DNA from: Escherichia phage T4
Sequence record: OL964735.1
Reading direction: 5' to 3' (one strand)
Length of the DNA stretch: 64,000 nt
The notes beneath the pieces were generated by a model. That model did not search any database. It was not told where the DNA came from and saw only the letters and a program-made list of their open reading frames with translations. Both the position numbers and the translations under genes were made by a program. Below are positions 52,223 to 63,486 of the stretch, piece by piece (the stretch's first letter is position 1; every line of letters starts with the position of its first letter).

Positions 52223-55200
52223 ATGGCCGAGATTAAAAGAAAGTTCAGAGCAGAAGATGGTCTGGACGCAGGTGGTGATAAAATAATCAACGTAGCTTTA
52301 GCTGATCGTACCGTAGGAACTGACGGTGTTAACGTTGATTACTTAATTCAAGAAAACACAGTTCAACAGTATGATCCAACTCGTGGATATTTAAAAGATT
52401 TTGTAATCATTTATGATAACCGCTTTTGGGCTGCTATAAATGATATTCCAAAACCAGCAGGAGCTTTTAATAGCGGACGCTGGAGAGCATTACGTACCGA
52501 TGCTAACTGGATTACGGTTTCATCTGGTTCATATCAATTAAAATCTGGTGAAGCAATTTCGGTTAACACCGCAGCTGGAAATGACATCACGTTTACTTTA
52601 CCATCTTCTCCAATTGATGGTGATACTATCGTTCTCCAAGATATTGGAGGAAAACCTGGAGTTAACCAAGTTTTAATTGTAGCTCCAGTACAAAGTATTG
52701 TAAACTTTAGAGGTGAACAGGTACGTTCAGTACTAATGACTCATCCAAAGTCACAGCTAGTTTTAATTTTTAGTAATCGTCTGTGGCAAATGTATGTTGC
52801 TGATTATAGTAGAGAAGCTATAGTTGTAACACCAGCGAATACTTATCAAGCGCAATCCAACGATTTTATCGTACGTAGATTTACTTCTGCTGCACCAATT
52901 AATGTCAAACTTCCAAGATTTGCTAATCATGGCGATATTATTAATTTCGTCGATTTAGATAAACTAAATCCGCTTTATCATACAATTGTTACTACATACG
53001 ATGAAACGACTTCAGTACAAGAAGTTGGAACTCATTCCATTGAAGGCCGTACATCGATTGACGGTTTCTTGATGTTTGATGATAATGAGAAATTATGGAG
53101 ACTGTTTGACGGGGATAGTAAAGCGCGTTTACGTATCATAACGACTAATTCAAACATTCGTCCAAATGAAGAAGTTATGGTATTTGGTGCGAATAACGGA
53201 ACAACTCAAACAATTGAGCTTAAGCTTCCAACTAATATTTCTGTTGGTGATACTGTTAAAATTTCCATGAATTACATGAGAAAAGGACAAACAGTTAAAA
53301 TCAAAGCTGCTGATGAAGATAAAATTGCTTCTTCAGTTCAATTGCTGCAATTCCCAAAACGCTCAGAATATCCACCTGAAGCTGAATGGGTTACAGTTCA
53401 AGAATTAGTTTTTAACGGTGAAACTAATTATGTTCCAGTTTTGGAGCTTGCTTACATAGAAGATTCTGATGGAAAATATTGGGTTGTACAGCAAAACGTT
53501 CCAACTGTAGAAAGAGTAGATTCTTTAAATGATTCTACTAGAGCAAGATTAGGCGTAATTGCTTTAGCTACACAAGCTCAAGCTAATGTCGATTTAGAAA
53601 ATTCTCCACAAAAAGAATTAGCAATTACTCCAGAAACGTTAGCTAATCGTACTGCTACAGAAACTCGCAGAGGTATTGCAAGAATAGCAACTACTGCTCA
53701 AGTGAATCAGAACACCACATTCTCTTTTGCTGATGATATTATCATCACTCCTAAAAAGCTGAATGAAAGAACTGCTACAGAAACTCGTAGAGGTGTCGCA
53801 GAAATTGCTACGCAGCAAGAAACTAATGCAGGAACCGATGATACTACAATCATCACTCCTAAAAAGCTTCAAGCTCGTCAAGGTTCTGAATCATTATCTG
53901 GTATTGTAACCTTTGTATCTACTGCAGGTGCTACTCCAGCTTCTAGCCGTGAATTAAATGGTACGAATGTTTATAATAAAAACACTGATAATTTAGTTGT
54001 TTCACCTAAAGCTTTGGATCAGTATAAAGCTACTCCAACACAGCAAGGTGCAGTAATTTTAGCAGTTGAAAGTGAAGTAATTGCTGGACAAAGTCAGCAA
54101 GGATGGGCAAATGCTGTTGTAACGCCAGAAACGTTACATAAAAAGACATCAACTGATGGAAGAATTGGTTTAATTGAAATTGCTACGCAAAGTGAAGTTA
54201 ATACAGGAACTGATTATACTCGTGCAGTCACTCCTAAAACTTTAAATGACCGTAGAGCAACTGAAAGTTTAAGTGGTATAGCTGAAATTGCTACACAAGT
54301 TGAATTCGACGCAGGCGTCGACGATACTCGTATCTCTACACCATTAAAAATTAAAACCAGATTTAATAGTACTGATCGTACTTCTGTTGTTGCTCTATCT
54401 GGATTAGTTGAATCAGGAACTCTCTGGGACCATTATACACTTAATATTCTTGAAGCAAATGAGACACAACGTGGTACACTTCGTGTAGCTACGCAGGTCG
54501 AAGCTGCTGCGGGAACATTAGATAATGTTTTAATAACTCCTAAAAAGCTTTTAGGTACTAAATCTACTGAAGCGCAAGAGGGTGTTATTAAAGTTGCAAC
54601 TCAGTCTGAAACTGTGACTGGAACGTCAGCAAATACTGCTGTATCTCCAAAAAATTTAAAATGGATTGCGCAGAGTGAACCTACTTGGGCAGCTACTACT
54701 GCAATAAGAGGTTTTGTTAAAACTTCATCTGGTTCAATTACATTCGTTGGTAATGATACAGTCGGTTCTACCCAAGATTTAGAACTGTATGAGAAAAATA
54801 GCTATGCGGTATCACCATATGAATTAAACCGTGTATTAGCAAATTATTTGCCACTAAAAGCAAAAGCTGCTGATACAAATTTATTGGATGGTCTAGATTC
54901 ATCTCAGTTCATTCGTAGGGATATTGCACAGACGGTTAATGGTTCACTAACCTTAACCCAACAAACGAATCTGAGTGCCCCTCTTGTATCATCTAGTACT
55001 GGTGAATTTGGTGGTTCATTGGCCGCTAATAGAACATTTACCATCCGTAATACAGGAGCCCCGACTAGTATCGTTTTCGAAAAAGGTCCTGCATCCGGGG
55101 CAAATCCTGCACAGTCAATGAGTATTCGTGTATGGGGTAACCAATTTGGCGGCGGTAGTGATACGACCCGTTCGACAGTGTTTGAAGTTGGCGATGACAC

Positions 55201-56092
55201 ATCTCATCACTTTTATTCTCAACGTAATAAAGACGGTAATATAGCGTTTAACATTAATGGTACTGTAATGCCAATAAACATTAATGCTTCCGGTTTGATG
55301 AATGTGAATGGCACTGCAACATTCGGTCGTTCAGTTACAGCCAATGGTGAATTCATCAGCAAGTCTGCAAATGCTTTTAGAGCAATAAACGGTGATTACG
55401 GATTCTTTATTCGTAATGATGCCTCTAATACCTATTTTTTGCTCACTGCAGCCGGTGATCAGACTGGTGGTTTTAATGGATTACGCCCATTATTAATTAA
55501 TAATCAATCCGGTCAGATTACAATTGGTGAAGGCTTAATCATTGCCAAAGGTGTTACTATAAATTCAGGCGGTTTAACTGTTAACTCGAGAATTCGTTCT
55601 CAGGGTACTAAAACATCTGATTTATATACCCGTGCGCCAACATCTGATACTGTAGGATTCTGGTCAATCGATATTAATGATTCAGCCACTTATAACCAGT
55701 TCCCGGGTTATTTTAAAATGGTTGAAAAAACTAATGAAGTGACTGGGCTTCCATACTTAGAACGTGGCGAAGAAGTTAAATCTCCTGGTACACTGACTCA
55801 GTTTGGTAACACACTTGATTCGCTTTACCAAGATTGGATTACTTATCCAACGACGCCAGAAGCGCGTACCACTCGCTGGACACGTACATGGCAGAAAACC
55901 AAAAACTCTTGGTCAAGTTTTGTTCAGGTATTTGACGGAGGTAACCCTCCTCAACCATCTGATATCGGTGCTTTACCATCTGATAATGCTACAATGGGGA
56001 ATCTTACTATTCGTGATTTCTTGCGAATTGGTAATGTTCGCATTGTTCCTGACCCAGTGAATAAAACGGTTAAATTTGAATGGGTTGAATAA
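52223..56092 (+). CDS. 34: long tail fibre proximal subunit (T4 gp34)
   Basis: 1289-aa ORF with internal ATETRRG...TPKKL repeats. Confidence 0.96.
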   Translation: MAEIKRKFRAEDGLDAGGDKIINVALADRTVGTDGVNVDYLIQENTVQQYDPTRGYLKDFVIIYDNRFWAAINDIPKPAGAFNSGRWRALRTDANWITVSSGSYQLKSGEAISVNTAAGNDITFTLPSSPIDGDTIVLQDIGGKPGVNQVLIVAPVQSIVNFRGEQVRSVLMTHPKSQLVLIFSNRLWQMYVADYSREAIVVTPANTYQAQSNDFIVRRFTSAAPINVKLPRFANHGDIINFVDLDKLNPLYHTIVTTYDETTSVQEVGTHSIEGRTSIDGFLMFDDNEKLWRLFDGDSKARLRIITTNSNIRPNEEVMVFGANNGTTQTIELKLPTNISVGDTVKISMNYMRKGQTVKIKAADEDKIASSVQLLQFPKRSEYPPEAEWVTVQELVFNGETNYVPVLELAYIEDSDGKYWVVQQNVPTVERVDSLNDSTRARLGVIALATQAQANVDLENSPQKELAITPETLANRTATETRRGIARIATTAQVNQNTTFSFADDIIITPKKLNERTATETRRGVAEIATQQETNAGTDDTTIITPKKLQARQGSESLSGIVTFVSTAGATPASSRELNGTNVYNKNTDNLVVSPKALDQYKATPTQQGAVILAVESEVIAGQSQQGWANAVVTPETLHKKTSTDGRIGLIEIATQSEVNTGTDYTRAVTPKTLNDRRATESLSGIAEIATQVEFDAGVDDTRISTPLKIKTRFNSTDRTSVVALSGLVESGTLWDHYTLNILEANETQRGTLRVATQVEAAAGTLDNVLITPKKLLGTKSTEAQEGVIKVATQSETVTGTSANTAVSPKNLKWIAQSEPTWAATTAIRGFVKTSSGSITFVGNDTVGSTQDLELYEKNSYAVSPYELNRVLANYLPLKAKAADTNLLDGLDSSQFIRRDIAQTVNGSLTLTQQTNLSAPLVSSSTGEFGGSLAANRTFTIRNTGAPTSIVFEKGPASGANPAQSMSIRVWGNQFGGGSDTTRSTVFEVGDDTSHHFYSQRNKDGNIAFNINGTVMPININASGLMNVNGTATFGRSVTANGEFISKSANAFRAINGDYGFFIRNDASNTYFLLTAAGDQTGGFNGLRPLLINNQSGQITIGEGLIIAKGVTINSGGLTVNSRIRSQGTKTSDLYTRAPTSDTVGFWSIDINDSATYNQFPGYFKMVEKTNEVTGLPYLERGEEVKSPGTLTQFGNTLDSLYQDWITYPTTPEARTTRWTRTWQKTKNSWSSFVQVFDGGNPPQPSDIGALPSDNATMGNLTIRDFLRIGNVRIVPDPVNKTVKFEWVE

Positions 56093-56100
56093 GAGGTATT

Positions 56101-57219
56101 ATGGAAAAATTTATGGCAGAGTTTGGACAAGGATATGTCCAAACGCCATTTTTATCGGAAAGTAATTCAGTAAGATATAAAATAAGTATAGCGGGTTCTT
56201 GCCCGCTTTCTACAGCAGGACCATCATATGTTAAATTTCAGGATAATCCTGTAGGAAGTCAAACATTTAGCGCAGGCCTTCATTTAAGAGTTTTTGACCC
56301 TTCCACCGGAGCATTAGTTGATAGTAAGTCATATGCTTTTTCGACTTCAAATGATACTACATCAGCTGCTTTTGTTAGTTTCATGAATTCTTTGACGAAT
56401 AATCGAATTGTTGCTATATTAACTAGTGGAAAGGTTAATTTTCCTCCTGAAGTAGTATCTTGGTTAAGAACCGCCGGAACGTCTGCCTTTCCATCTGATT
56501 CTATATTGTCAAGATTTGACGTATCATATGCTGCTTTTTATACTTCTTCTAAAAGAGCTATCGCATTAGAGCATGTTAAACTGAGTAATAGAAAAAGCAC
56601 AGATGATTATCAAACTATTTTAGATGTTGTATTTGACAGTTTAGAAGATGTAGGAGCTACCGGGTTTCCAAGAAGAACGTATGAAAGTGTTGAGCAATTC
56701 ATGTCGGCAGTTGGTGGAACTAATAACGAAATTGCGAGATTGCCAACTTCAGCTGCTATAAGTAAATTATCTGATTATAATTTAATTCCTGGAGATGTTC
56801 TTTATCTTAAAGCTCAGTTATATGCTGATGCTGATTTACTTGCTCTTGGAACTACAAATATATCTATCCGTTTTTATAATGCATCTAACGGATATATTTC
56901 TTCAACACAAGCTGAATTTACTGGGCAAGCTGGGTCATGGGAATTAAAGGAAGATTATGTAGTTGTTCCAGAAAACGCAGTAGGATTTACGATATACGCA
57001 CAGAGAACTGCACAAGCTGGCCAAGGTGGCATGAGAAATTTAAGCTTTTCTGAAGTATCAAGAAATGGCGGCATTTCGAAACCTGCTGAATTTGGCGTCA
57101 ATGGTATTCGTGTTAATTATATCTGCGAATCCGCTTCACCTCCGGATATAATGGTACTTCCTACGCAAGCATCGTCTAAAACTGGTAAAGTGTTTGGGCA
57201 AGAATTTAGAGAAGTTTAA
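56101..57219 (+). CDS. 35: long tail fibre hinge protein (T4 gp35)
   Basis: 372-aa ORF. Confidence 0.93.
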   Translation: MEKFMAEFGQGYVQTPFLSESNSVRYKISIAGSCPLSTAGPSYVKFQDNPVGSQTFSAGLHLRVFDPSTGALVDSKSYAFSTSNDTTSAAFVSFMNSLTNNRIVAILTSGKVNFPPEVVSWLRTAGTSAFPSDSILSRFDVSYAAFYTSSKRAIALEHVKLSNRKSTDDYQTILDVVFDSLEDVGATGFPRRTYESVEQFMSAVGGTNNEIARLPTSAAISKLSDYNLIPGDVLYLKAQLYADADLLALGTTNISIRFYNASNGYISSTQAEFTGQAGSWELKEDYVVVPENAVGFTIYAQRTAQAGQGGMRNLSFSEVSRNGGISKPAEFGVNGIRVNYICESASPPDIMVLPTQASSKTGKVFGQEFREV

Positions 57220-57224
57220 ATTGA

Positions 57225-57247
57225 GGGAGCCTTCGGGTTCCCTTTTT
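57225..57247 (+). terminator. intrinsic terminator after gene 35
   Basis: GGGAGCC-TTCG-GGTTCCC hairpin (one GU pair) followed by TTTTTCTT. Confidence 0.75.
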
Positions 57248-57250
57248 CTT

Positions 57251-57258
57251 TATAAATA
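57251..57258 (+). promoter_or_regulatory. late promoter TATAAATA for gene 36
   Basis: exact motif 23 nt upstream of ATG 57282. Confidence 0.7.
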
Positions 57259-57281
57259 CTATTAAAATAAAGGGGCATACA

Positions 57282-57947
57282 ATGGCTGATTTAAAAGTAG
57301 GTTCAACAACTGGAGGCTCTGTCATTTGGCATCAAGGAAATTTTCCATTGAATCCAGCCGGTGACGATGTACTCTATAAATCATTTAAAATATATTCAGA
57401 ATATAACAAACCACAAGCTGCTGATAACGATTTCGTTTCTAAAGCTAATGGTGGTACTTATGCATCAAAGGTAACATTTAACGCTGGCATTCAAGTCCCA
57501 TATGCTCCAAACATCATGAGCCCATGCGGGATTTATGGGGGTAACGGTGATGGTGCTACTTTTGATAAAGCAAATATCGATATTGTTTCATGGTATGGCG
57601 TAGGATTTAAATCGTCATTTGGTTCAACAGGCCGAACTGTTGTAATTAATACACGCAATGGTGATATTAACACAAAAGGTGTTGTGTCGGCAGCTGGTCA
57701 AGTAAGAAGTGGTGCGGCTGCTCCTATAGCAGCGAATGACCTTACTAGAAAGGACTATGTTGATGGAGCAATAAATACTGTTACTGCAAATGCAAACTCT
57801 AGGGTGCTACGGTCTGGTGACACCATGACAGGTAATTTAACAGCGCCAAACTTTTTCTCGCAGAATCCTGCATCTCAACCCTCACACGTTCCACGATTTG
57901 ACCAAATCGTAATTAAGGATTCTGTTCAAGATTTCGGCTATTATTAA
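57282..57947 (+). CDS. 36: long tail fibre distal connector (T4 gp36)
   Basis: 221-aa ORF. Confidence 0.93.
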   Translation: MADLKVGSTTGGSVIWHQGNFPLNPAGDDVLYKSFKIYSEYNKPQAADNDFVSKANGGTYASKVTFNAGIQVPYAPNIMSPCGIYGGNGDGATFDKANIDIVSWYGVGFKSSFGSTGRTVVINTRNGDINTKGVVSAAGQVRSGAAAPIAANDLTRKDYVDGAINTVTANANSRVLRSGDTMTGNLTAPNFFSQNPASQPSHVPRFDQIVIKDSVQDFGYY

Positions 57948-57955
57948 GAGGACTT

Positions 57956-60900
57956 ATGGCTACTTTAAAACAAATACAATTTAAAAGAAGCAAAATCGCA
58001 GGAACACGTCCTGCTGCTTCAGTATTAGCCGAAGGTGAATTGGCTATAAACTTAAAAGATAGAACAATTTTTACTAAAGATGATTCAGGAAATATCATCG
58101 ATCTAGGTTTTGCTAAAGGCGGGCAAGTTGATGGCAACGTTACTATTAACGGACTTTTGAGATTAAATGGCGATTATGTACAAACAGGTGGAATGACTGT
58201 AAACGGACCCATTGGTTCTACTGATGGCGTCACTGCAAAAATTTTCAGATCTACACAGGGTTCATTTTATGCAAGAGCAACAAACGATACTTCAAATGCC
58301 CATTTATGGTTTGAAAATGCCGATGGCACTGAACGTGGCGTTATATATGCTCGCCCTCAAACTACAACTGACGGTGAAATACGCCTTAGGGTTAGACAAG
58401 GAACAGGAAGCACTGCCAACAGTGAATTCTATTTCCGCTCTATAAATGGAGGCGAATTTCAGGCTAACCGTATTTTAGCATCAGATTCGTTAGTAACAAA
58501 ACGCATTGCGGTTGATACCGTTATTCATGATGCCAAAGCATTTGGACAATATGATTCTCACTCTTTGGTTAATTATGTTTATCCTGGAACCGGTGAAACA
58601 AATGGTGTAAACTATCTTCGTAAAGTTCGCGCTAAGTCCGGTGGTACAATTTATCATGAAATTGTTACTGCACAAACAGGCCTGGCTGATGAAGTTTCTT
58701 GGTGGTCTGGTGATACACCAGTATTTAAACTATACGGTATTCGTGACGATGGCAGAATGATTATCCGTAATAGCCTTGCATTAGGTACATTCACTACAAA
58801 TTTCCCGTCTAGTGATTATGGCAACGTCGGTGTAATGGGCGATAAGTATCTTGTTCTCGGCGACACTGTAACTGGCTTGTCATACAAAAAAACTGGTGTA
58901 TTTGATCTAGTTGGCGGTGGATATTCTGTTGCTTCTATTACTCCTGACAGTTTCCGTAGTACTCGTAAAGGTATATTTGGTCGTTCTGAGGACCAAGGCG
59001 CAACTTGGATAATGCCTGGTACAAATGCTGCTCTCTTGTCTGTTCAAACACAAGCTGATAATAACAATGCTGGAGACGGACAAACCCATATCGGGTACAA
59101 TGCTGGCGGTAAAATGAACCACTATTTCCGTGGTACAGGTCAGATGAATATCAATACCCAACAAGGTATGGAAATTAACCCGGGTATTTTGAAATTGGTA
59201 ACTGGCTCTAATAATGTACAATTTTACGCTGACGGAACTATTTCTTCCATTCAACCTATTAAATTAGATAACGAGATATTTTTAACTAAATCTAATAATA
59301 CTGCGGGTCTTAAATTTGGAGCTCCTAGCCAAGTTGATGGCACAAGGACTATCCAATGGAACGGTGGTACTCGCGAAGGACAGAATAAAAACTATGTGAT
59401 TATTAAAGCATGGGGTAACTCATTTAATGCCACTGGTGATAGATCTCGCGAAACGGTTTTCCAAGTATCAGATAGTCAAGGATATTATTTTTATGCTCAT
59501 CGTAAAGCTCCAACCGGCGACGAAACTATTGGACGTATTGAAGCTCAATTTGCTGGGGATGTTTATGCTAAAGGTATTATTGCCAACGGAAATTTTAGAG
59601 TTGTTGGATCAAGCGCTTTAGCCGGCAATGTTACTATGTCTAACGGTTTGTTTGTCCAAGGTGGTTCTTCTATTACTGGACAAGTTAAAATTGGCGGAAC
59701 AGCAAACGCACTGAGAATTTGGAACGCTGAATATGGTGCTATTTTCCGTCGTTCGGAAAGTAACTTTTATATTATTCCAACCAATCAAAATGAAGGAGAA
59801 AGTGGAGACATTCACAGCTCTTTGAGACCTGTGAGAATAGGATTAAACGATGGCATGGTTGGGTTAGGAAGAGATTCTTTTATAGTAGATCAAAATAATG
59901 CTTTAACTACGATAAACAGTAACTCTCGCATTAATGCCAACTTTAGAATGCAATTGGGGCAGTCGGCATACATTGATGCAGAATGTACTGATGCTGTTCG
60001 CCCGGCGGGTGCAGGTTCATTTGCTTCCCAGAATAATGAAGACGTCCGTGCGCCGTTCTATATGAATATTGATAGAACTGATGCTAGTGCATATGTTCCT
60101 ATTTTGAAACAACGTTATGTTCAAGGCAATGGCTGCTATTCATTAGGGACTTTAATTAATAATGGTAATTTCCGAGTTCATTACCATGGCGGCGGAGATA
60201 ACGGTTCTACAGGTCCACAGACTGCTGATTTTGGATGGGAATTTATTAAAAACGGTGATTTTATTTCACCTCGCGATTTAATAGCAGGCAAAGTCAGATT
60301 TGATAGAACTGGTAATATCACTGGTGGTTCTGGTAATTTTGCTAACTTAAACAGTACAATTGAATCACTTAAAACTGATATCATGTCGAGTTACCCAATT
60401 GGTGCTCCGATTCCTTGGCCGAGTGATTCAGTTCCTGCTGGATTTGCTTTGATGGAAGGTCAGACCTTTGATAAGTCCGCATATCCAAAGTTAGCTGTTG
60501 CATATCCTAGCGGTGTTATTCCAGATATGCGCGGGCAAACTATCAAGGGTAAACCAAGTGGTCGTGCTGTTTTGAGCGCTGAGGCAGATGGTGTTAAGGC
60601 TCATAGCCATAGTGCATCGGCTTCAAGTACTGACTTAGGTACTAAAACCACATCAAGCTTTGACTATGGTACGAAGGGAACTAACAGTACGGGTGGACAC
60701 ACTCACTCTGGTAGTGGTTCTACTAGCACAAATGGTGAGCACAGCCACTACATCGAGGCATGGAATGGTACTGGTGTAGGTGGTAATAAGATGTCATCAT
60801 ATGCCATATCATACAGGGCGGGTGGGAGTAACACTAATGCAGCAGGGAACCACAGTCACACTTTCTCTTTTGGGACTAGCAGTGCTGGCGACCATTCCCA

Positions 60901-61036
60901 CTCTGTAGGTATTGGTGCTCATACCCACACGGTAGCAATTGGATCACATGGTCATACTATCACTGTAAATAGTACAGGTAATACAGAAAACACGGTTAAA
61001 AACATTGCTTTTAACTATATCGTTCGTTTAGCATAA
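57956..61036 (+). CDS. 37: long tail fibre distal subunit, receptor-binding (T4 gp37)
   Basis: 1026-aa ORF; C-terminal HxH repeat region. Confidence 0.96.
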   Translation: MATLKQIQFKRSKIAGTRPAASVLAEGELAINLKDRTIFTKDDSGNIIDLGFAKGGQVDGNVTINGLLRLNGDYVQTGGMTVNGPIGSTDGVTAKIFRSTQGSFYARATNDTSNAHLWFENADGTERGVIYARPQTTTDGEIRLRVRQGTGSTANSEFYFRSINGGEFQANRILASDSLVTKRIAVDTVIHDAKAFGQYDSHSLVNYVYPGTGETNGVNYLRKVRAKSGGTIYHEIVTAQTGLADEVSWWSGDTPVFKLYGIRDDGRMIIRNSLALGTFTTNFPSSDYGNVGVMGDKYLVLGDTVTGLSYKKTGVFDLVGGGYSVASITPDSFRSTRKGIFGRSEDQGATWIMPGTNAALLSVQTQADNNNAGDGQTHIGYNAGGKMNHYFRGTGQMNINTQQGMEINPGILKLVTGSNNVQFYADGTISSIQPIKLDNEIFLTKSNNTAGLKFGAPSQVDGTRTIQWNGGTREGQNKNYVIIKAWGNSFNATGDRSRETVFQVSDSQGYYFYAHRKAPTGDETIGRIEAQFAGDVYAKGIIANGNFRVVGSSALAGNVTMSNGLFVQGGSSITGQVKIGGTANALRIWNAEYGAIFRRSESNFYIIPTNQNEGESGDIHSSLRPVRIGLNDGMVGLGRDSFIVDQNNALTTINSNSRINANFRMQLGQSAYIDAECTDAVRPAGAGSFASQNNEDVRAPFYMNIDRTDASAYVPILKQRYVQGNGCYSLGTLINNGNFRVHYHGGGDNGSTGPQTADFGWEFIKNGDFISPRDLIAGKVRFDRTGNITGGSGNFANLNSTIESLKTDIMSSYPIGAPIPWPSDSVPAGFALMEGQTFDKSAYPKLAVAYPSGVIPDMRGQTIKGKPSGRAVLSAEADGVKAHSHSASASSTDLGTKTTSSFDYGTKGTNSTGGHTHSGSGSTSTNGEHSHYIEAWNGTGVGGNKMSSYAISYRAGGSNTNAAGNHSHTFSFGTSSAGDHSHSVGIGAHTHTVAIGSHGHTITVNSTGNTENTVKNIAFNYIVRLA

Positions 61037-61063
61037 GGAGAGGGGCTTCGGCCCCTTCTAAAT
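61036..61063 (+). promoter_or_regulatory. structured translation initiation region of gene 38 (hairpin between SD and AUG)
   Basis: AAGGAG at 61036-61041 is 22 nt from ATG 61064; AGGGGC-TTCG-GCCCCT hairpin at 61041-61056 lies between. Confidence 0.6.
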
Positions 61064-61615
61064 ATGAAAATATATCATTATTATTTTGACACTAAAGAAT
61101 TTTACAAAGAAGAAAATTACAAACCGGTTAAAGGCCTCGGTCTTCCTGCTCATTCAACAATTAAAAAACCTTTAGAACCTAAAGAAGGATACGCGGTTGT
61201 ATTTGATGAACGTACTCAGGATTGGATTTATGAAGAAGACCATCGCGGAAAACGCGCATGGACTTTTAATAAAGAAGAAATTTTTATAAGTGACATTGGA
61301 AGCCCGGTTGGTATAACTTTCGATGAGCCCGGCGAATTTGATATATGGACTGATGACGGTTGGAAAGAAGACGAAACATATAAGCGAGTTTTAATTCGTA
61401 ATAGAAAAATTGAAGAATTATATAAAGAGTTCCAAGTTTTAAATAATATGATTGAAGCTTCTGTCGCCAATAAAAAGGAAAAATTCTATTATAAAAACCT
61501 TAAGCGGTTCTTTGCTCTTTTAGAAAAGCATGAGCATTTAGGTGGTGAATTCCCTTCATGGCCTGAAAAAGAACAGAAGCCTTGGTATAAGCGTTTATTC
61601 AAGCATTACGTATAA
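61064..61615 (+). CDS. 38: tail fibre assembly chaperone / adhesin (T4 gp38)
   Basis: 183-aa ORF. Confidence 0.93.
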   Translation: MKIYHYYFDTKEFYKEENYKPVKGLGLPAHSTIKKPLEPKEGYAVVFDERTQDWIYEEDHRGKRAWTFNKEEIFISDIGSPVGITFDEPGEFDIWTDDGWKEDETYKRVLIRNRKIEELYKEFQVLNNMIEASVANKKEKFYYKNLKRFFALLEKHEHLGGEFPSWPEKEQKPWYKRLFKHYV

Positions 61616-61618
61616 ATA
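61611..61618 (+). promoter_or_regulatory. late promoter TATAAATA for holin gene t
   Basis: exact motif overlapping gene 38 stop, 17 nt upstream of t ATG. Confidence 0.65.
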
Positions 61619-61635
61619 TCTTAAAAGGAGGGTCT

Positions 61636-62292
61636 ATGGCAGCACCTAGAATATCATTTTCACCCTCTGATATTCTATTTGGTGTTCTAGATCGCTTGTT
61701 CAAAGATAACGCTACCGGGAAGGTTCTTGCTTCCCGGGTAGCTGTCGTAATTCTTTTGTTTATAATGGCGATTGTTTGGTATAGGGGAGATAGTTTCTTT
61801 GAGTACTATAAGCAATCAAAGTATGAAACATACAGTGAAAATATTGAAAAGGAAAGAACTGCACGCTTTGAATCTGTCGCCCTGGAACAACTCCAGATAG
61901 TTCATATATCATCTGAGGCAGACTTTAGTGCGGTGTATTCTTTCCGCCCTAAAAACTTAAACTATTTTGTTGATATTATAGCATACGAAGGAAAATTACC
62001 TTCAACAATAAGTGAAAAATCACTTGGAGGATATCCTGTTGATAAAACTATGGATGAATATACAGTTCATTTAAATGGACGTCATTATTATTCCAACTCA
62101 AAATTTGCTTTTTTACCAACTAAAAAGCCTACTCCCGAAATAAACTACATGTACAGTTGTCCATATTTTAATTTGGATAATATCTATGCTGGAACGATAA
62201 CCATGTACTGGTATAGAAATGATCATATAAGTAATGACCGCCTTGAATCAATATGTGCTCAGGCGGCCAGAATATTAGGAAGGGCTAAATAA
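61636..62292 (+). CDS. t: holin T (lysis timing, lysis inhibition)
   Basis: 218-aa ORF with single TM helix VAVVILLFIMAIVWY and large C-terminal domain. Confidence 0.93.
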   Translation: MAAPRISFSPSDILFGVLDRLFKDNATGKVLASRVAVVILLFIMAIVWYRGDSFFEYYKQSKYETYSENIEKERTARFESVALEQLQIVHISSEADFSAVYSFRPKNLNYFVDIIAYEGKLPSTISEKSLGGYPVDKTMDEYTVHLNGRHYYSNSKFAFLPTKKPTPEINYMYSCPYFNLDNIYAGTITMYWYRNDHISNDRLESICAQAARILGRAK

Positions 62293-62565
62293 TTATTTGT
62301 TCGTATACATCTCTAGATATCGATATACACCCTCAAAACCCTCGTTGAATTCGTCGATGAGGGTTTTCTTATCTTCTTGAGTTAATTCAGAAACAATTTT
62401 ACGGAATGAATTTTGATTTAACTTTCTACCTTCATGCGTTACTCCAATCTCATTTAGAAATGCAATAAAATTAGCACGATTCTCAACAATATCTTCTCTG
62501 GAAAATTTAATCAAAATAGATGCAACAGTAATAATTTCACGAACTGTATCAATGTTTTTATTCAT
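62293..62565 (-). CDS. asiA: anti-sigma70 factor AsiA
   Basis: 90-aa ORF, recognised sequence. Confidence 0.93.
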   Translation of the reverse strand: MNKNIDTVREIITVASILIKFSREDIVENRANFIAFLNEIGVTHEGRKLNQNSFRKIVSELTQEDKKTLIDEFNEGFEGVYRYLEMYTNK

Positions 62566-62577
62566 TAACTATACCAC

Positions 62578-62730
62578 TCAATTAGTTGACTTTGTTATAA
62601 TATCATCAGACGCTTGATTTGTAAACTGGTCTGTGTAATTTTCTTCAAAAATTTTTTCTACGAATTCCTTGAACGATTCACGTTCCTGAGCTACATTATG
62701 CTCGATTACCTTTTCAAGATTATGACTCAT
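62578..62730 (-). CDS. hypothetical small protein (50 aa) between asiA and arn
   Basis: ORF below track cutoff; ATG overlaps arn stop (ATGA); acidic. Confidence 0.4.
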   Translation of the reverse strand: MSHNLEKVIEHNVAQERESFKEFVEKIFEENYTDQFTNQASDDIITKSTN

Positions 62731-63005
62731 TCGAAATAATCTTCAATTTCATAATCATGGACATAAATCATTATAGTTTTTAATACATCATCAATATTTT
62801 TTCCTGGAGCTGGAATTACGTAAAAATACCCTGCTTTTGAGAGGTCTTTATAAGTTCCAATCAAGAAATCATTATTCTCAAGATGTAACTCTTCAACTAA
62901 TTCATTGACAATTGAATGGTATAGGTTTGGCAGAAACTTATATAGCTTTTCTAGAATATCAATTTTGAATGTATATTGAACCACGGACTGAGAATCAATA
63001 ATCAT
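62727..63005 (-). CDS. arn: Arn, anti-restriction (McrBC inhibitor)
   Basis: 92-aa acidic ORF. Confidence 0.88.
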   Translation of the reverse strand: MIIDSQSVVQYTFKIDILEKLYKFLPNLYHSIVNELVEELHLENNDFLIGTYKDLSKAGYFYVIPAPGKNIDDVLKTIMIYVHDYEIEDYFE

Positions 63006-63088
63006 AGACCTTCCCCTTATGTTTCTGTTTGCGATTAGATTCTTTAAACGCTTTCTTCTTATCCTTATGAACAGAAGCTTTATTAAAA

Positions 63089-63307
63089 TTATGCTTTGCG
63101 ACTAAATTGTTCATAGTGCTGAATTACCTCTCTTAAACATTTGCATGTGAATGAAAACTTTTTAGCTACACCACATTCAAATATATGTTCTCTTAAATCG
63201 CGTGTATCGGTATATCCCATCTCAACAATAAAATGCCGTATTAGATTTTTATCTTTATCGTTTAGAGAATTAAAATAATCAGATTTTGAATTAATTTCCC
63301 TGGCCAA
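63089..63307 (-). CDS. hypothetical protein (arn.x / motA-proximal region)
   Basis: 72-aa ORF. Confidence 0.55.
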   Translation of the reverse strand: MAREINSKSDYFNSLNDKDKNLIRHFIVEMGYTDTRDLREHIFECGVAKKFSFTCKCLREVIQHYEQFSRKA

Positions 63308-63486
63308 ATTGAATCACCTTCAGTTGACGTTTTAACTCTTTTATCATCTCTTCGTTCATCGCAATATAAAGATCGCGTAGAGCAGGTTTTAGCATTCCAT
63401 TTACTGGAGAACTAAATGGACATACATAATCTTTTCCTACTGGATTTGATTCATAATTCCATCAATTTGAAACTTTTTAATATTCA

